Shown here piece after piece: positions 60,030 through 64,000 of a DNA stretch of 64,000 nucleotides. The notes under the pieces are model-generated. The model was not told the DNA's origin and searched no databases. It saw only the letters and a program-made list of their open reading frames with translations. Numbering within the stretch: the first letter of the stretch is position 1; every line of letters begins with the position of its first letter. Source of the DNA: Candidatus Micrarchaeia archaeon (lineage in GTDB: Archaea > Micrarchaeota > Micrarchaeia > Micrarchaeales > CABMGC01); assembly GCA_049976845.1 (NCBI GenBank), contig JBMFHL010000001.1, forward strand, positions 43,435-107,434, written 5' to 3'. Both the position numbers and the translations under genes were made by a program.

Positions 60030-61648
60030 CGATTGTAACTTTCTCAAAGAAATATCTATTCAAGCTTCTTGGCTACAGTTTGAATGATGAGCAAGTTGCA
60101 GAATATGTGCAAAAGCTCGGCTTCAGCCTTGAGGGGGTAAGTAGTGAGGATTTCAGCATAGACATTACTCCAAACAGACCTGATCTACTTGATATTGTGG
60201 GTTTTGCCAGAACGCTGAAGAATTTTATGCACAGAAGCAGCAAATACACGTACAAAATAAAAGACGATGGGCCTGTGCTTACAATAAACGTAGGCAAAAC
60301 CATTGAAAAGGTAAGGCCATTCATCTCTGCCCTGGTTGTAAAGAATTTAAGCTTAGATGAGCCTACGCTCAGATATATAATAGACTTTTCAGAGAAGTTT
60401 AGTGAAACATTCGGAAGAAAGAGGGCGAAACTTGCAATGGGCATACATGATTTATCTGCAATATCTGGTGACCTAAGCTACGACGCAAAAATGGAGGGGA
60501 GGTTCACTCCTTTAAACATGGACAAGGAGATGGATTTTAAAGAAATAATGAAATACAATGACAAAGGAATTGCTTATGCCCATACTATACGTGGCGTCTT
60601 ATACCCTGTGCTGAGCGATTCCAGGGGAATACTTTCCCTAATACCAATAATAAATTCAAACAGGACAAAAGTCACAACAAAGACAAAAGATATTTTTGTT
60701 GACATAACTGGCACATCGCAGTATATAACAGAGAAAACTGCGGATATATTTGCCGCAATGTTCATGGACCTTGGTGGCGAGGTCAAAAAAGTGAAGATAA
60801 AGTATGGAAAAAAGGCTGTGCTATCTCCAGCAATGGAAAGTGCAACAATCGAAATCCCATTGAGCCAGATACAAGAATCAATCGGAATCACTTCAATAGG
60901 GTTTAACAACATACTCTCCCTTGCAAATAAGATGGGCTACGCAGCATCATTTGTAAACAAAAAAATTAGGTTCAACGTACCTGTATACAGAATTGACGTT
61001 ATAAATGAGCAAGACATAATAGAAGATATAGCGATAGCATATGGTTACGACTACATACAGCAGACCCCTATACTGTCATCAGCGATAGGCAGGTTAGAAG
61101 ACACTACAAAAAGGAACAAAAAACTGTCGCAAGCGATGATAGGTTTGGGCTTTAGCGAAGCATTGAACAACTACTTCACTACCGAAAATACAAATTTTAA
61201 ACTTATGAATGTAGAAGAAATCCCTCACATACAAGTGAAAGAAGCAAAGACGCAAAACATAACAATGATGCGTACGTGGCTTTTGCCATCACTGCTTTCA
61301 AATCTTGGCTCCTCTGTTCATGAAAAAATGCCCCAAAAATTATTTGAATTGGACATGGTATTTAATCTAAAAAAAGATATACCTGTTGAGTCATACAACC
61401 TCGCAGGTGTTTTTGCTTCTTCCAGGGTAAACTTCAACGATTCAAAATCAATAGTAGAGGCAGTTGCTCAATCACTCGGCAGCAATTACAAACTGCAGCC
61501 TTTAACGCATAATAGTTTCATAAAAGGAAGATGTGCCCAGATAACATTCAGTAACGGTATCTCTGGGGTTTTTGGAGAGATAAGCCCTCAGGTTCTTAGC
61601 AATTTTGGAATAGAAGAACCTACAATTGCGTTCGAATTTGAACTATAG
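60026..61648 (+). CDS. pheT: Phenylalanine-tRNA ligase beta subunit (probable ATA start; next canonical start is TTG 60080)
   Basis: ITPNRPDL, VRPFI, GRKRAKLAMGIHD, PIINS, EDIAIAYGY, MRTWLLPSLL. Confidence 0.93.
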   Translation: MAIVTFSKKYLFKLLGYSLNDEQVAEYVQKLGFSLEGVSSEDFSIDITPNRPDLLDIVGFARTLKNFMHRSSKYTYKIKDDGPVLTINVGKTIEKVRPFISALVVKNLSLDEPTLRYIIDFSEKFSETFGRKRAKLAMGIHDLSAISGDLSYDAKMEGRFTPLNMDKEMDFKEIMKYNDKGIAYAHTIRGVLYPVLSDSRGILSLIPIINSNRTKVTTKTKDIFVDITGTSQYITEKTADIFAAMFMDLGGEVKKVKIKYGKKAVLSPAMESATIEIPLSQIQESIGITSIGFNNILSLANKMGYAASFVNKKIRFNVPVYRIDVINEQDIIEDIAIAYGYDYIQQTPILSSAIGRLEDTTKRNKKLSQAMIGLGFSEALNNYFTTENTNFKLMNVEEIPHIQVKEAKTQNITMMRTWLLPSLLSNLGSSVHEKMPQKLFELDMVFNLKKDIPVESYNLAGVFASSRVNFNDSKSIVEAVAQSLGSNYKLQPLTHNSFIKGRCAQITFSNGISGVFGEISPQVLSNFGIEEPTIAFEFEL

Positions 61649-61656
61649 CTGATATC

Positions 61657-62175
61657 GTGATAGTTAAAAAACTAGGGGTAGCAGAAGTAAATGTTTTAGA
61701 TACAATCTATATATTTTTGAAATATGGGAAGCCAGAATCAGTAACTATAAGAAAAAAAGCAGACATCTTTTATCCTGTATTTAATGGTTTTGGATTTGGA
61801 GAGGTAATAAATGTCGGCTATTCTGCAGATGAGAAAATGATAAACAATATATACAAAGTGCAAGAACTTAAGCACGTCTCAAGGAAGCAAGATGAAATGA
61901 GTGCAGAAAAAGAAATCGCACCTGTGGGAAAATTCATGATAAGACATATAAGCTCTTTAGCTAATTCGATAAAGGAAAAAGAAGTAATAATAAATTTCAA
62001 TGGGGGTGCAGTTCTTTACAACAAAAAATATATAGCTGACAGTGGTGCATCTGATCAGCTTTTGAAGAATGTAATTATAGATAAAAATACAGCAGAATCA
62101 GTATATTTGTCAGAGTGTGATATAGTGCTGTGGAAAGATCCTCTTGCTCAGGTGCTCAGAACTCCTGTTCTATGA
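61657..62175 (+). CDS. Hypothetical protein
   Basis: 172-aa ORF 8 nt after pheT; no recognised motif. Confidence 0.55.
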   Translation: MIVKKLGVAEVNVLDTIYIFLKYGKPESVTIRKKADIFYPVFNGFGFGEVINVGYSADEKMINNIYKVQELKHVSRKQDEMSAEKEIAPVGKFMIRHISSLANSIKEKEVIINFNGGAVLYNKKYIADSGASDQLLKNVIIDKNTAESVYLSECDIVLWKDPLAQVLRTPVL

Positions 62176-63387
62176 AATACTTCTCAATTCCCTGATCTCA
62201 TCACTGCTTAATCCATATAGGCTTTCAAAATAATTGGCGGTTTTCTCCTCCCCATACTGCTTTGTGCCTTCGTTGATTAATACCGTAAGCAAAGGCAAGT
62301 AGCTGCTTATAATATCCCTTTTATGCGCATGTACCTCATAAACGAGCTTTGAAACTATCGCCGATTTAACATCTCTCGCTTTCTTTGTAGAACTCATGTA
62401 TTTTATCAAAGAAGGAAACATGTAGTTTTTTATTAGGCTCACATTGCCGTCATTTGCAAGCGAAACACCGGCTATGAAGAAATCACTGTACCTTAAATAC
62501 CCATAATATTTTGTCCTTTCTGCCTTCTCTAAGAAAAAGCTAGCGCTTGCAATATACTTGTACGCTTCCCTTATACTTCTCTTTGATCTATACCTAGTAA
62601 TTACATTCTCGTCTACCCAATTCACCAGCATGCCCAATTCGGTATCCGATTCTGAAAGCGCCTTCCTCGCAGAGTCAAAATTCCTTGAGAGAAAGATCCT
62701 ATCTAGCAGGCCGAAGACCTCAAGCGTCCTGTTCCTTGTGCCCAAATCTTCAATAAGTTCCTCACTCCCATCGATGATGAATTCAAGGTCATTGATTGCT
62801 CCTCTAATATCGCCATTGCTTCGCAAAGCCAACTCCCTAAGTGCAGTTTCACTAGCGCTTTTCTTCTCTTTTTTGACTATCTGAGAGAGTACGTCATACA
62901 CCTCATCAGCACTAAGTTTCTTGAATGCTACTGGCTCTACCTTGCCCCTTAGAAATGCTATCTTTCTATCCCAGTAATCATTTGCTATAAATATAATGGG
63001 GTGTTTTGATACCTGCAAGAGCTCATTTATTGCTTTCTCAGCTCCAACATCAAATTTGCTTGACAATTCATCAATCTCGTCAAGCAATATTAGCATTTTC
63101 TTTTTGAAGATGCCTTGCGACATGCTTGCAGGCACCAACAGCTTGTTCAGCTTCTCCTCGCTCCTGTAATCGCTTGAATTTAGCTCGAGGAGTTCAAATC
63201 CATTAGAGTATGCAAGTGCATGCGCTGCAGCAGTTTTGCCAGTGCCCGGAGGTCCATAGATGAGGATAGGTTTTTCAATAATATTGCTCTGTGCGCTTAT
63301 TGCAAATTTTATGAGCCTGTCGACGCTCTGCCTATTGCCCTTTATCTCATTCAAAGTGTTAGGTGCATACTTTTCGCAGAGCAGCAT
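62170..63387 (-). CDS. rfcL: Replication factor C large subunit
   Basis: EKYAP, GPPGTGKT, ELNSSD, DEID, IAND, GDIRGAINDL, WVDEN. Confidence 0.93.
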   Translation of the reverse strand: MLLCEKYAPNTLNEIKGNRQSVDRLIKFAISAQSNIIEKPILIYGPPGTGKTAAAHALAYSNGFELLELNSSDYRSEEKLNKLLVPASMSQGIFKKKMLILLDEIDELSSKFDVGAEKAINELLQVSKHPIIFIANDYWDRKIAFLRGKVEPVAFKKLSADEVYDVLSQIVKKEKKSASETALRELALRSNGDIRGAINDLEFIIDGSEELIEDLGTRNRTLEVFGLLDRIFLSRNFDSARKALSESDTELGMLVNWVDENVITRYRSKRSIREAYKYIASASFFLEKAERTKYYGYLRYSDFFIAGVSLANDGNVSLIKNYMFPSLIKYMSSTKKARDVKSAIVSKLVYEVHAHKRDIISSYLPLLTVLINEGTKQYGEEKTANYFESLYGLSSDEIRELRSIS

Positions 63388-63675
63388 AGAATCATATAAC
63401 TATTAGGACCCTGACAAACTAAAAATCTTTCTTCGTCGTTAAATACAATCCCTACAGCAGCCATTTTTCTCTCTTTCGATGGTAAACCACAGCAGAGAAT
63501 AGGGAAAAGGTAAAAACGTGAAAATGGCGACCTTAAAAATAAAATAGTGGAGATACACGCTGCTGCACAGTACCCCCAGTTAAAGACATACATACAACTA
63601 CGTTACGATTACATATCGCCTTAGACAAAGTGGTGGCAACAAATACAGTAAAACCTTAGACTTAAGGGCCGAAAT

Positions 63676-63818
63676 TATGGTAAAAACGTAATGCCGAACT
63701 TCTTTTTCAGTATTAAGGAAGCGTTCCGTTAGATAAGAACAGATTTATTGGTATAAAGAAGGTCACAATACATGTGTTCTCGTGTTTTGTTTCAAATCTA
63801 TTAGAATACGCGATGTAA
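63676..63818 (+). pseudogene. Degraded IS4/IS5-like DDE transposase C-terminal fragment
   Basis: Across frameshifts reads Y-G-K/KRNAE/FFSIKEAFR/LDKNRFIGIKKVTIHVFSCFVSNLL, resembling Y..R..(I/V)E..F..LK....L...R..G...V..H. Confidence 0.5.
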
Positions 63819-64000
63819 CTATTTTATATTTGGCAAGACGATAAGATGTAAATCTCACCCTCTAGAATCCTTCTCGTGCAAAGTTTTAAATATTTTCTAA
63901 ATTGCAATATATCTAGGCATTAATATGGGAAGAGGGCGTTGGCTCAAAGGAACAAGCAGAATTTCTGAAGGAAAGAAGCTTCAAGCGGCTTCCGAATACT

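Noticed and set aside
63925..64000. Possible CDS start at the window end
   Set aside because: Only about 25 codons, frame ambiguous, no motif
1..64000. CRISPR array, rRNA, provirus, and the many antisense ORFs in the track
   Set aside because: No spaced repeats, rRNA-like segments or viral hallmark genes seen; the antisense ORFs overlap well-supported genes

Overview
Gene-dense archaeal core-genome window. The gene set and protein styles (PolD plus PolB, gyrase, histone, single-OB SSB, DUF929, a tRNA with a T-loop intron) suggest a DPANN archaeon, probably an acidophilic Micrarchaeota; this is inference, not a database result. Replication and repair genes: partial GINS, gyrB/gyrA, Lhr, Mre11, SSB, Cdc6, DP1/DP2, PolB, RFC-L, TatD. 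It also carries the RNase P/proteasome/exosome superoperon with an unlisted rpoP, thermosome-adk-DUF106-L34e-cmk-L14e, HisRS, PheRS, AglB with a GT4, ADP-forming acetyl-CoA synthetase, a probable arginine synthetase and a class-III aminotransferase. Three tRNAs (iMet, Lys-CTT, intron-containing Arg-TCT) and two decayed IS remnants are present. Most notable: a free-standing single-repeat (half) TBP with its own promoter; a tail-anchored tandem winged-helix protein; an 11-residue His-periodic coiled coil in AglB; tRNA-iMet abutting the stop codon of a TFE with a long basic tail; ORB-like inverted repeats around an AT-rich stretch beside GINS; and a probable ATA start for pheT. No CRISPR array, rRNA or provirus was seen.
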